Source: an uncultured Alphaproteobacteria bacterium (GTDB taxonomy: Bacteria; Pseudomonadota; Alphaproteobacteria; HIMB59; GCA-002718135). From it: a DNA stretch of 64,000 nt. Positions 46,394 through 55,759 of this stretch are shown piece after piece. The notes under the pieces are model-generated. The model was given only the letters and a program-made list of their open reading frames with translations. It did not search any database and had not been told where the DNA came from. The stretch is taken from assembly GCA_902595855.1 (NCBI GenBank), contig CACJRY010000008.1, positions 4,966-68,965 on the forward strand, written 5' to 3'. Made by a program: the position numbers and the translations under genes. Position 1 is the stretch's first letter, and each line of letters starts with the position of its first letter.

Positions 46394-48436
46394 ATGAATG
46401 ATCCCCTTTTAAAGTCTTTTAAGCTTAAACATTTACATTTAAAAAATCGTATTATCATTACAAGTCATGAACCATCTTATAATGAAGATGGCTTTCCCAA
46501 AGACAAGTACATTGCCTATCATCTAGAGAGAGCAAAAGGTGGAATAGCGATGACAATGACTGCAGGTTCATCAGTCGTATCTAAAGATAGTCCTCCTTCT
46601 TTTGATAATATTCATGCGTATAAAGATGAAGTTGTTCCTTGGGTAAAAAAACTAACAAATGCTATCCATGATCAGGATTGTAAAATTATGATACAATTAA
46701 CTCATTTAGGCAGAAGAACATCATGGAGTAAAGGAGATTGGCTTCCATCTATTTCATCGGGAAAGCACCGTGAACCTGCTCACAAAGCATTTCCAAAAAT
46801 TGCTGAAAGTTGGGACATTAAGCGAGTCATAAAAGAATATGGCGATGCTGCTGAACGAATGAAAGAAGGTGGGATGGATGGAGTTGAGCTTGAAGGTCAA
46901 GGTCATCTAATAGGTCAATTTTTATCACCACTAAGTAATGATTTAGAAACAGAGTATGGAGGAAGTTTAGAGAATAGACTACGTTTTGCCATTGATGTTT
47001 TAACAGAAATTAGAAAAAAAGTTGGACATAAATTTATAGTAGGCATTCGTTGTGTCTTTGATGAAGGAGTCGAAGGCGGACTGAGCAAATCCGAAGGGTT
47101 AGAAATTGCTAAGATTTTATCTAATTCAGGTCTTGTAGATTACCTCAATATTAATAGGGGAAGAATTCATACAGATCCAAGTTTAACTAAACTAATTCCA
47201 ATACAAGGGATGAAGAGTGCTCCTCATTTAGATTTTGCTGGAGAATTAAAAAAAGAAGTAAATTTGCCGATTTTTCATGCATCTAAAATTTCTGATGTAG
47301 CCACTGCAAGATACGCTATTTCAAATGGTCTTGTTGATATGATTGGCATGACTAGAGGGCACTTAGCGGATCCCCATATTGTAAAAAAAATAAAAGAAAA
47401 CAGAGAAGAGGATATAAGACCATGTGTTGGAGCTACGTATTGTTTAGATAGAATATACCAAGGTGAAGAAGCACTCTGTATACATAATGCAGCAACAGGA
47501 AGAGAATTAAAATTTCCAAATATTATTTCTTCTTCAAAAACTAAAAAAAGAATTGTGATAGTAGGTGCGGGACCCGGTGGTCTTGAGTCAGCAAGAATAG
47601 CAACTGAAAGAGGTCATGAAGTTGTAATTTTTGAGGCTGCTTCTGACCCCGGTGGGCAAGTAAGACTATGCGCTAAATCAAAAAGAAGAAAAGATATGAT
47701 GGGAATTATTGATTGGCGAATGGAGCAATGTACTAAAAAAAATGTAAATTTTAAATTTAATATTTTAGCAGAGAAGAATGAAATAATTGATGAAAATCCG
47801 GACACAGTAATTATTGCAACTGGAGGTATACCTAATCTAAAACTTTTTGAGACAAAAAAAGATTTGGGAAATGTTTTTTCTAGTTGGGATATAATCTCAG
47901 GTGATATTAAAACATCAGAAAATATATTAATTTATGATGAAGCAGGAGATCATGTTGCAATGCAATCAGCTGAAATAGCTATCGAACAAGGATCAAAGGT
48001 CAATTTTATGACACCCGATAGATTAATATCTTCTGAAATAATGGGCATGAATTTAACTCCTTATTTAAAGAATCTTCAAAATGATAATATTTCATTTTTA
48101 ATTGGTAAACGATTATTAGATGTTTCAATAGAAGGGAATAAACTAAATGCATTAATAGGATCAGACTATGATGAGTTATTCAAAAATAATTCAACGTATG
48201 ACCAAGTATTTGTAAATTATGGAACAAAACCTCTAGATGAATTGTATTTTGAGCTATTACCTCTTTCAAAGAATATGGGAGAAGTAAATTATGAAAAATT
48301 TATTAAGGGATACGAACAGGATATTGTTAAAAATAAAGATAGTAAATTTAATATTTTCAGAATTGGGGATGCTGTATCCTCGCGAAATATTCATGCAGCA
48401 GTTTATGATGCATTAAGATTACTAATCAATATTTAA
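46394..48436 (+). CDS. OYE-like FMN / Fe-S / FAD-NAD(P) three-domain oxidoreductase (N-methylproline demethylase StcD / 2,4-dienoyl-CoA reductase family)
   Basis: 680 aa. N-terminal NADH:flavin oxidoreductase domain, Cys cluster RPCVGATYCLDRIYQGEEALCIHN, and dinucleotide fold IVIVGAGPGGLESA. Confidence 0.8.
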   Translation: MNDPLLKSFKLKHLHLKNRIIITSHEPSYNEDGFPKDKYIAYHLERAKGGIAMTMTAGSSVVSKDSPPSFDNIHAYKDEVVPWVKKLTNAIHDQDCKIMIQLTHLGRRTSWSKGDWLPSISSGKHREPAHKAFPKIAESWDIKRVIKEYGDAAERMKEGGMDGVELEGQGHLIGQFLSPLSNDLETEYGGSLENRLRFAIDVLTEIRKKVGHKFIVGIRCVFDEGVEGGLSKSEGLEIAKILSNSGLVDYLNINRGRIHTDPSLTKLIPIQGMKSAPHLDFAGELKKEVNLPIFHASKISDVATARYAISNGLVDMIGMTRGHLADPHIVKKIKENREEDIRPCVGATYCLDRIYQGEEALCIHNAATGRELKFPNIISSSKTKKRIVIVGAGPGGLESARIATERGHEVVIFEAASDPGGQVRLCAKSKRRKDMMGIIDWRMEQCTKKNVNFKFNILAEKNEIIDENPDTVIIATGGIPNLKLFETKKDLGNVFSSWDIISGDIKTSENILIYDEAGDHVAMQSAEIAIEQGSKVNFMTPDRLISSEIMGMNLTPYLKNLQNDNISFLIGKRLLDVSIEGNKLNALIGSDYDELFKNNSTYDQVFVNYGTKPLDELYFELLPLSKNMGEVNYEKFIKGYEQDIVKNKDSKFNIFRIGDAVSSRNIHAAVYDALRLLINI

Positions 48437-48511
48437 AAATTAAAAAAGTCAATGGACAGTGACAATGAAGTTATTAATCTTTATAGTTGATATAAATAAT
48501 TGAGAGGTAAA

Positions 48512-48889
48512 ATGGACGAAGAATTATTTAAAAAAGGGCTAGAAAAAAGAAAAGCAACTTTGGGTAAAGAATATGTCGAGAAAAATCTAGAAAAAGCTGA
48601 TGACTTTACTCTTCCTTTTCAAAAAGCAATGACGGAATGGTGTTGGGGATTTGGTTGGGGTGATGAAGTAATTGATATGAAAACAAGATCAATGATGAAC
48701 CTTGCTATGATTGGTGCTTTAGGAAAAATGCATGAGTGGGAAATACACTGCAGAGGTGCAATAACAAACGGTGTCCAAAAAGATGAAATTCGTGCAATTA
48801 TTCACGTTATTGGTATTTATTGCGGAGTTCCCCAGGCATTAGAGTGTTTTCGAGTGGCAAAAAAAGTATTGGAAGAAAAAAATCTTTAA
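48512..48889 (+). CDS. Carboxymuconolactone decarboxylase (PcaC/CMD) family protein
   Basis: The pattern LF.KGLEKRKATLGKEYV...FQKAMTEWCWGFGWGD..IDMKTRSMMNLAMIGALG...E...H is typical of gamma-CMD. I chose ATG 48512 (preceded by GAGAGG) over TTG 48500. Confidence 0.8.
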   Translation: MDEELFKKGLEKRKATLGKEYVEKNLEKADDFTLPFQKAMTEWCWGFGWGDEVIDMKTRSMMNLAMIGALGKMHEWEIHCRGAITNGVQKDEIRAIIHVIGIYCGVPQALECFRVAKKVLEEKNL

Positions 48890-49881
48890 TGAAAGCACTA
48901 GTTTTTACAGACAAACAGAAATTAGAATATCAATCAATGCCAATGCCTGTTATCAAAGAACAGGAGTTATTAGTAAAGGTATCTGGGGCAGGGATATGTG
49001 GCTCGGATATGCACGCCTACCATGGTTTTGATAGTAGAAGAATACCTCCATTAATTCTTGGTCATGAAATAAGTGGCACAATAGAAAATTCAGATCAAAG
49101 TGTCATTGTTAATCCACTAGTAACTTGTGGTTCTTGTTATGAATGTAAAAATGAAATTGATCATTTGTGTCAATCTAGTAGTTTTATTGGAATGTCAAAA
49201 CCAATAGAACGACATGGTGGTTTTGCAGAATATGTTAGTGTTCCAAAAAAAAATTTACATTATATTAATCAAACAAATATTTTATCGACACTTTCTTTAA
49301 CAGAGCCTACGGCTGTATCACTTCATGCGATAGAACTTGCTAAAAAGCATTCAATAAAGCAACTTAATGAGAGTAAAATCATAATAATTGGTGGCGGGGC
49401 AATTGGATTGTTAACTGGATTAATTTTAAATAGCATTGGTATTGTGAACTACACAATAATAGATACAAATAAAAAAAGATTGGATGTATGTAAAAAGGCT
49501 TCAGGGTGCCAAATTTACTTTCCAGATGATCACAAAGTTAAAAAAAATTCATATGATTTAGTATTTGATGCTGTTGGACTTGAAAAAACAAGGAAACAAT
49601 CGATTGAATGTGTCAAACAAGGCGGAACAATTATTCATATAGGATTAAGTCAACCAGCAGGTGAATTTGATTTTAGAAAAACAACATTACAAGAAATTAT
49701 TTTTATTGGTAGCTCTCGTTATACTGATCAAGATTTTAAAAAATCAATTAATATAATTGAAGATAATAAATTAGGTGATTTGAATTGGTTGGATTTTAGA
49801 TCTTTAAGTGATGGAAGTAATGCATTTAGAGAAATTCATGATGGCTCAACTGCATCACCTAAAATTATTTTAACACCTTAA
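48889..49881 (+). CDS. Zn-dependent medium-chain alcohol/polyol dehydrogenase
   Basis: MKALVF..., GICGSDMH, GHEISG and the structural Zn cluster CGSCYECKNEIDHLC. I chose ATG 48889 (TAATG overlap with the CMD stop) over the track start at 48820. Confidence 0.85.
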   Translation: MKALVFTDKQKLEYQSMPMPVIKEQELLVKVSGAGICGSDMHAYHGFDSRRIPPLILGHEISGTIENSDQSVIVNPLVTCGSCYECKNEIDHLCQSSSFIGMSKPIERHGGFAEYVSVPKKNLHYINQTNILSTLSLTEPTAVSLHAIELAKKHSIKQLNESKIIIIGGGAIGLLTGLILNSIGIVNYTIIDTNKKRLDVCKKASGCQIYFPDDHKVKKNSYDLVFDAVGLEKTRKQSIECVKQGGTIIHIGLSQPAGEFDFRKTTLQEIIFIGSSRYTDQDFKKSINIIEDNKLGDLNWLDFRSLSDGSNAFREIHDGSTASPKIILTP

Positions 49882-50798
49882 TTATAAATATAAAAAATAT
49901 ATCCAAAATATAATATTAGACCTATCGAACCATAAGTTCTTCCAAGTCTTTTTAAAGCAAACATAAATCCTAAAATCGTTATTGTCACAAAAAGCATAAA
50001 GAACAGATCAATATTGTCGATAACATCTGGTATATTAAAGTTACCAAAAAAAGATGAAATTCCTAATACGCCCAACACATTATAAATATTTGACCCTAAA
50101 ATATTTCCAAGAGCAAAATCAACTTTTCTTCTTAAAGCAGATAGAATCCCTACTACTAATTCAGGTAATGATGTCCCAAAAGCTACCAAAGACACACCTA
50201 TTATAGCTGCTGGAATATTGAGTTGACTAGCAATATTGATTGCCGATTCAACAAAAAGATCAGAACCATAAATTAATAAAATTATTCCAATTACAATAAA
50301 AGTTATGGAAAGAAAAAGAGAGTAATCCCCTTTTTCCTCAACTTCTGACACATCTAGAGTTCCCTGCTTTACTTGCAAAAACATTATGAAAAATAAAAAA
50401 ACTATTGATAAGATTCCAAAGAAAAAATTAAATGGTAAGATAAAGAGGTTCATTATAATTAAAACAATAGCTAAAAGTATATTTATCCATGCCTGATTTA
50501 TTTGGTTTTGATTGATATTATCAATTGGAACAAGAAAAGATGTTGCTGCCATAACTAAAATTAAATTAGCAATATTGCTACCCACTACTGCTCCTACAGC
50601 AAGATCAGCATGATTAGAAACTACTGCATTTATACTACTTGCCAATTCAGGTAACGAAGTACCTCCGGCAACTATAACAACACCTATTGCAAATAAAGAT
50701 ACATTTAGTTTTTTCCCAAAACTGACTGAACCTCGAATAATAAGCTCTGCCCCTAAGATTAAGAAAGTTAAACCAATAATTAATAAAAAAAGATTCAC
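49878..50798 (-). CDS. CaCA-family Na+/Ca2+ exchanger (YrbG-like)
   Basis: 306 aa with two alpha-repeats, GTSLPELASSI and GTSLPELVVGI. Confidence 0.85.
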   Translation of the reverse strand: MNLFLLIIGLTFLILGAELIIRGSVSFGKKLNVSLFAIGVVIVAGGTSLPELASSINAVVSNHADLAVGAVVGSNIANLILVMAATSFLVPIDNINQNQINQAWINILLAIVLIIMNLFILPFNFFFGILSIVFLFFIMFLQVKQGTLDVSEVEEKGDYSLFLSITFIVIGIILLIYGSDLFVESAINIASQLNIPAAIIGVSLVAFGTSLPELVVGILSALRRKVDFALGNILGSNIYNVLGVLGISSFFGNFNIPDVIDNIDLFFMLFVTITILGFMFALKRLGRTYGSIGLILYFGYIFYIYN

Positions 50799-50804
50799 TA
50801 AATT

Positions 50805-52139
50805 TTAACTGCCGTAGATATAATGTGGGAGCCATAAAGCAATTTGAGGAAAAATAATAATTAAAAGTAAACCTATTACTTGAAGAACCATAAATTGCAT
50901 CATTCCTATATAAATATCTTTTAAATCCCACTCAGGTACTACACCTTTTAAGAAGTATGCAGATAGGGCAACAGGTGGAGACAGCCAAGCTGTTTGCAAG
51001 TTGACTGCAACAAGAATAGCAAACCAAATTAGGTTAAAACCTAAACCTTCAATAAGAGGTAAAATAATAGGCACAACAATTAAAACAATTGGTACCCATT
51101 CTAAAGGCCAACCTAAAAGAAAAATCATAGCCATTACAATAAGTAAAATTAAATATCTATTTACTTCTAAACTTAATAAGAAATCAGTAATCATTGACGG
51201 GGTTCCTAATCTAGCAAAAACAGCTCCAAAGAAATTAGAAGCTGCTACTAACAACATTATTAAGGCAGTAATCTCAAGAGTTTTAATTAGTCCATCTTTT
51301 AATTTTTCTAGAGTTAACTTACGGTATGCTAGTGCTAATAAAATAGATCCAAGGGCACCACAGCCAGCAGCTTCAGTTGGTGTTGCAAGCCCAAACAAAA
51401 TACTTCCTAGCGCGGAAAAAACCAAAAGTGCTGGAGGCACTAATCCCATAAAAAATTCATAAAGAACAACTTTAATATCCTTTTCCCTATCTTCTTCTGG
51501 AACAACAGGTCCAAGTGAAGGATCTAAGTAACACCTAATAGTAGCATAACCAGCATATAAAACTGCTAGCATAATTCCAGGAATGATAGCTGCTGCAAAA
51601 AGATCTGTAACAGGAATTTCCATGATGGGGCCCATCACAACAAGCATAATACTTGGTGGAATTAAAATTCCTAAAGTTCCTCCTGCAGTTATTGTTCCAG
51701 CTGCTAACCTAACATCATATCCTGATCTATTCATGGATTTTGCAGCCATAATTCCCAATATTGTAACTGATGCACCGACAATACCTGTGGCAGCAGCAAA
51801 AATGATAGATACAAAAAGAACAGCATAAAAAAGAGATCCGCGAACTCTTGAAAGCATCATCTGCACTGAAGAAAATAATCTTTCCATTAAACCTGCTTGT
51901 TCCATCATTATACCCATAAAGACAAACAGTGGGACGGCAGCCAATGTTTGCTCGGTCATGACCATCGAAAACTGCAATGTCATTAAATAGAAAACTAATT
52001 TTCCAAATCCGAGATAGCCAAAAACAAATCCTAAAAAAATTAAAGTAAAGGAAATTGGGAAACCAACAAAAATAGAAAATAGCATTACCGCTATTAAAAA
52101 TATTCCTAAAATCTCCGGACTAATAAATTCTGCAATCAT
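50805..52139 (-). CDS. TRAP transporter large permease (DctM-like)
   Basis: 444 aa, about 12 TM. ATGA overlap with the small-permease gene. Confidence 0.9.
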   Translation of the reverse strand: MIAEFISPEILGIFLIAVMLFSIFVGFPISFTLIFLGFVFGYLGFGKLVFYLMTLQFSMVMTEQTLAAVPLFVFMGIMMEQAGLMERLFSSVQMMLSRVRGSLFYAVLFVSIIFAAATGIVGASVTILGIMAAKSMNRSGYDVRLAAGTITAGGTLGILIPPSIMLVVMGPIMEIPVTDLFAAAIIPGIMLAVLYAGYATIRCYLDPSLGPVVPEEDREKDIKVVLYEFFMGLVPPALLVFSALGSILFGLATPTEAAGCGALGSILLALAYRKLTLEKLKDGLIKTLEITALIMLLVAASNFFGAVFARLGTPSMITDFLLSLEVNRYLILLIVMAMIFLLGWPLEWVPIVLIVVPIILPLIEGLGFNLIWFAILVAVNLQTAWLSPPVALSAYFLKGVVPEWDLKDIYIGMMQFMVLQVIGLLLIIIFPQIALWLPHYIYGS

Positions 52140-52747
52140 TCATCACCTGGCCATTTACCATTTTTCATTGCATAGTGACTTTTCAATAATTCAGAGACAC
52201 CTTGTATAAGTAAAAAAACTATACCAATCCATAAGCATGATTTTATTGGCCAAAGATAAGGCATCCAAGCGGTATCCATTCCTTTTTCACCACGTTGCAT
52301 TGACTCGATGACAAATATTGTAGTCATATACAAACAAAAGAAAAGTCCAGGAAAATAGAAAAATAAATATAACCAAAAATCGACAAAACCTTGCGTTTTT
52401 GTTTTAAAATTACGATATAAAAAATCTGCCCTTATATGTACACCTCTTGATAATGCATAACCCGAACCAATCATAAACATAGCACCGTAAAAAAATCTGC
52501 TCATGTCGTAGGCCCAGTAAGTAGGTGCGAGAAAAAATTTTCTTGCTACAACCTCATATGCCATACATAAAAATAATGGAACAGTTATCCAGCAAATAGT
52601 TTTTCCCACCAGCAAACTAAATTTATCAATGTTGATAATTGTGTTATAAATCCATTTTGCCATGTCAGATGGCTTTTCAAAATATCCTACTTTTCTTTCA
52701 GCTATTAACTCATCCTTTAAATCGTAATCTTGAATATTATCTGACAT
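52136..52747 (-). CDS. TRAP transporter small permease (DctQ-like)
   Basis: 203 aa, 4 TM. Its position between the SBP and DctM genes fits. Confidence 0.8.
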   Translation of the reverse strand: MSDNIQDYDLKDELIAERKVGYFEKPSDMAKWIYNTIINIDKFSLLVGKTICWITVPLFLCMAYEVVARKFFLAPTYWAYDMSRFFYGAMFMIGSGYALSRGVHIRADFLYRNFKTKTQGFVDFWLYLFFYFPGLFFCLYMTTIFVIESMQRGEKGMDTAWMPYLWPIKSCLWIGIVFLLIQGVSELLKSHYAMKNGKWPGDE

Positions 52748-52767
52748 TATTGTGTTCTACAGGAATT

Positions 52768-52793
52768 AAAGAGCGGAAACTAGTCCGCTCTTT
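52768..52793 (-). other. Intra-operon stem-loop between the TRAP SBP and permease genes
   Basis: aaagagcgga (52768-52777) pairs with tccgctcttt (52784-52793) around a 6-nt loop. No clear U-run follows, so this may be an attenuator or RNA-stability element rather than a full terminator. Confidence 0.45.
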
Positions 52794-52805
52794 ATATATT
52801 TTAAA

Positions 52806-53906
52806 TTATTTTAATGTTGCAGCGTGAGCCATACCTAACTTAGCATTAGACATTTGAGCCCCACTCCAGAATGGTACTGCAATATCAGCAAATTCTTTCA
52901 TAGAAGTATAAACTTCATTAAAAAATTCATTTTCTTCAGCATTTTTATTCAGGGTTGCTAAAGCTGCTGCCATGTATTCAGAGAAATAATCTGTTGGCGT
53001 ATCATGAAGTATAACACCTGCTTCTTCTGTTAACATTCTAAGTGCTTTCCCATTTTCATAGATTCTGTCAGATAACGTTAGCATCAATGATGCATCAGCT
53101 GCTACCTGTAGAGAAGCTTTTTCATGATCGGTTAAACTATCATAAAGAGTTCCATTCATATAAAAATCTGCATTTACAACAACTTGGTGTAAACCTTGAA
53201 GATAGTAATGCTTTAATACTTTTTGAAAACCAAACACGCTATCAGGTTTTGGACAACACCATTCAGCGGCATCAATAGTTCCAGCTTCAAGTGCAGGAAG
53301 TATGTCACCTCCACCCATAGCTACTGAGGCAATACCGATATCTTTATATGTTTGACCAGGTATACCTGGAGGTGTTCTAAAACGATATTTTCTAAAATCC
53401 TCCATGCTTGTAATTGGCTCTTTAAACCATCCTAATGCTTCTGGTCCAACAGGTTGAAGCATAAATCCTTTTATGTCTCTTCCCATCTCATCCCAAAGTT
53501 GTTCGTATAATTCTTTTCCACCTGCTGCGTTAAACCAAGATAAAAAAGCAAGGTTATCAATTCCTACACCTCCGCCTGCAACTGGTGAACCAAATAGCAT
53601 TGCTGCTGGGTGTTCGCCTGACCAATAATGAGTCCAAGCAAATCCACAATCAATTAGACCTTTGTCAATTGCATCAAGTGTTTCTTTTCCTCCAACAACT
53701 GTACCTGCTGGCATAATTTCGAAATTCAAAGAGCCACCAGTTAACTCAGTAACTCTATCAGTAAACTCCTCTTTAAGTAAGCGCGCTTCATCACTTTTAG
53801 CATTTAAAACTGTTTGACACTTTAAAGTCTTTGCAGCTTTAGCTGATACAGTCATAAATCCTAAAATTATGACTGAACCTAAGATTATTTTTAAAAATTT
53901 TTTCAT
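52806..53906 (-). CDS. TRAP transporter periplasmic substrate-binding protein
   Basis: Signal peptide MKKFLKIILGSVIILGFMTVSAKA. I chose ATG 53906, preceded by GGGAGGAAAC, over the track start at 53942. Confidence 0.85.
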   Translation of the reverse strand: MKKFLKIILGSVIILGFMTVSAKAAKTLKCQTVLNAKSDEARLLKEEFTDRVTELTGGSLNFEIMPAGTVVGGKETLDAIDKGLIDCGFAWTHYWSGEHPAAMLFGSPVAGGGVGIDNLAFLSWFNAAGGKELYEQLWDEMGRDIKGFMLQPVGPEALGWFKEPITSMEDFRKYRFRTPPGIPGQTYKDIGIASVAMGGGDILPALEAGTIDAAEWCCPKPDSVFGFQKVLKHYYLQGLHQVVVNADFYMNGTLYDSLTDHEKASLQVAADASLMLTLSDRIYENGKALRMLTEEAGVILHDTPTDYFSEYMAAALATLNKNAEENEFFNEVYTSMKEFADIAVPFWSGAQMSNAKLGMAHAATLK

Positions 53907-53943
53907 GTTTCCTCCCGAAAAATTGTATTTAAAACTTAACATG

Positions 53944-53959
53944 TGTAAAACGTTTTACA
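53944..53959. promoter_or_regulatory. 16-bp perfect palindrome TGTAAAACGTTTTACA (LacI/GalR-type operator-like)
   Basis: Read directly. It has a central CG and lies 38-53 nt upstream of the TRAP SBP ATG, inside the largest (248 bp) spacer in the window. Confidence 0.45.
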
Positions 53960-54154
53960 AAGATATTATTAAGAATAATTACTAAAAAATATTGATTTTT
54001 TTGGGTTAAATTAAAAAATAAATTTTGAATAAAAACATAAAAAAATAAAAATTTTTTTAAAATTAATTTTTAATTAGTTGAGGAGCTCTAATTTAAACAA
54101 TAATACATTTAGAGCTTTAATAAATTAAGGTATTAATCCAGAATAAATAATAGA

Positions 54155-55756
54155 ATGAATAAAAACTTTGATTATATTATTGTTGGCGCAGGTTCAGCAG
54201 GTTGTGTTTTAGCAAATCGGTTAACAACAAATCCTAATAATTCAGTTCTTCTAATTGAAGCAGGTGGCAAAGATACTTATCCTTGGATTCATATTCCTGT
54301 TGGATATTATAAAACCATGCACAATCCTAAAACAGATTGGTGTTTTAAAACAGAACCTGATGAGTCAATTAATGGTAGATCAATTAATTATCCTCGAGGT
54401 AAAACTTTAGGGGGTAGTTCTTCTATAAATGGTCTTTTATATATCAGAGGTCAATCAAAAGATTATGATATATGGCGTCAACAAGGAAATACTGGATGGG
54501 GTTGGGATGATGTTCTACCCTACTTTATTAAATCAGAAAATCAAGAAAGAGGTGCGAATAAGTTTCATGGTGTTGGCGGTCCTTTATCAGTCTCAGACAT
54601 TAGAATTAAACTTGATATTTTGGATGAATTTCAAAATGCTGCAGAAGAAATGGGGATTCCTAAAATTAAGGACTTTAATACCGGAGATAATTTTGGATGT
54701 GATTATTTTCAGGTTACAGAAAAAAATGGTTTACGATGCAGTACTGCTGTTGCGTATCTTAATCCTGCAAAAAAAAGAACAAACTTACAAGTAGAAGTAA
54801 AAGCACACGTTAACAAAATTAATTTTGAAGAAAAAAAAGCAATTGGCATTTCGTATTGGAAAGATAATGAGTTAATTACAGTAAAAGCCAATAAAGAAGT
54901 TATTTTATCTGCCGGATCAATTGGCTCTCCTCATATTCTTCAAGTATCTGGCATTGGTGATGAAGAAAAACTAAGAAATTTAGGAATACCCCTAATACAT
55001 CACAACTCTAGTGTTGGGAAAAACTTACAGGATCACCTAATGTTACGGCCTGTCTATAAAGTTAAAAATATCAAAACACTAAACAGGACTATCAACAGTT
55101 TTTTTGGAAAAATGATGATTGGTATGGAATTTGTTTTTTTCAGAAGAGGTGTAATGACAATGGGAGCCAGTCAACTTTGTGGTTTCGCTAAAAGTGATGA
55201 AAGTAGAGAAACACCAAATTTGCAATTTCATGTTCAACCTATTAGCACCGATAGATTAGGGGGGGCAAGTCTTCATGATTTTAATGCTTTTACTCCAACT
55301 GTTGCAAATATAAGACCAACAAGTAGAGGAGAAGTATTTATAACTTCAAAAGATTCTAGAGAATATCCAAAAATAAAAATGAATTATCTTTCAACTGAAG
55401 AGGATAGGCAAGTATCAGCAGCAGGTATCAGATTAATAAGAAAAATTATTTTTGAAAGTGAGACATTTAAAAAATATCAACCAGAAGAGTTTAGACCAGG
55501 TATAAATTTTCAAAGTGATGAAGAAATTATTCAAGCTTCAAGTGAACATGTGCAAACAATTTTTCACCCCGTTGGAACTTGTAAGATGGGTAGTGACAAC
55601 ACCTCAGTAGTAAGTGATAAACTGAAAGTTTATGGTGTTGAAAACTTACGAGTTGTAGATGCATCTATAATGCCCAACATAACTTCAGGTAATACTAATG
55701 CTCCAACAATTATGATTGCTGAAAAAGCATCAGATATAATTATTTCTGATCAATAA
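54155..55756 (+). CDS. GMC-family FAD oxidoreductase (choline-dehydrogenase-like; IseJ-like candidate)
   Basis: YIIVGAGSAGCVLANRL, GGSSSINGLLY, and the C-terminal HPVGTCKMG and NTNAPTIMIAEKASD. Confidence 0.9.
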   Translation: MNKNFDYIIVGAGSAGCVLANRLTTNPNNSVLLIEAGGKDTYPWIHIPVGYYKTMHNPKTDWCFKTEPDESINGRSINYPRGKTLGGSSSINGLLYIRGQSKDYDIWRQQGNTGWGWDDVLPYFIKSENQERGANKFHGVGGPLSVSDIRIKLDILDEFQNAAEEMGIPKIKDFNTGDNFGCDYFQVTEKNGLRCSTAVAYLNPAKKRTNLQVEVKAHVNKINFEEKKAIGISYWKDNELITVKANKEVILSAGSIGSPHILQVSGIGDEEKLRNLGIPLIHHNSSVGKNLQDHLMLRPVYKVKNIKTLNRTINSFFGKMMIGMEFVFFRRGVMTMGASQLCGFAKSDESRETPNLQFHVQPISTDRLGGASLHDFNAFTPTVANIRPTSRGEVFITSKDSREYPKIKMNYLSTEEDRQVSAAGIRLIRKIIFESETFKKYQPEEFRPGINFQSDEEIIQASSEHVQTIFHPVGTCKMGSDNTSVVSDKLKVYGVENLRVVDASIMPNITSGNTNAPTIMIAEKASDIIISDQ

Positions 55757-55759
55757 ATC

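Noticed and set aside
48820-48888. A 23-codon N-terminal extension of the Zn-ADH ORF (MRSSPGIRVFSSGKK...), which overlaps the CMD-family gene.
   Set aside because: MKALVF... at 48889 is the canonical N-terminus for this family and forms a TAATG junction with the upstream stop. The extension lies wholly within the CMD coding sequence in another frame.
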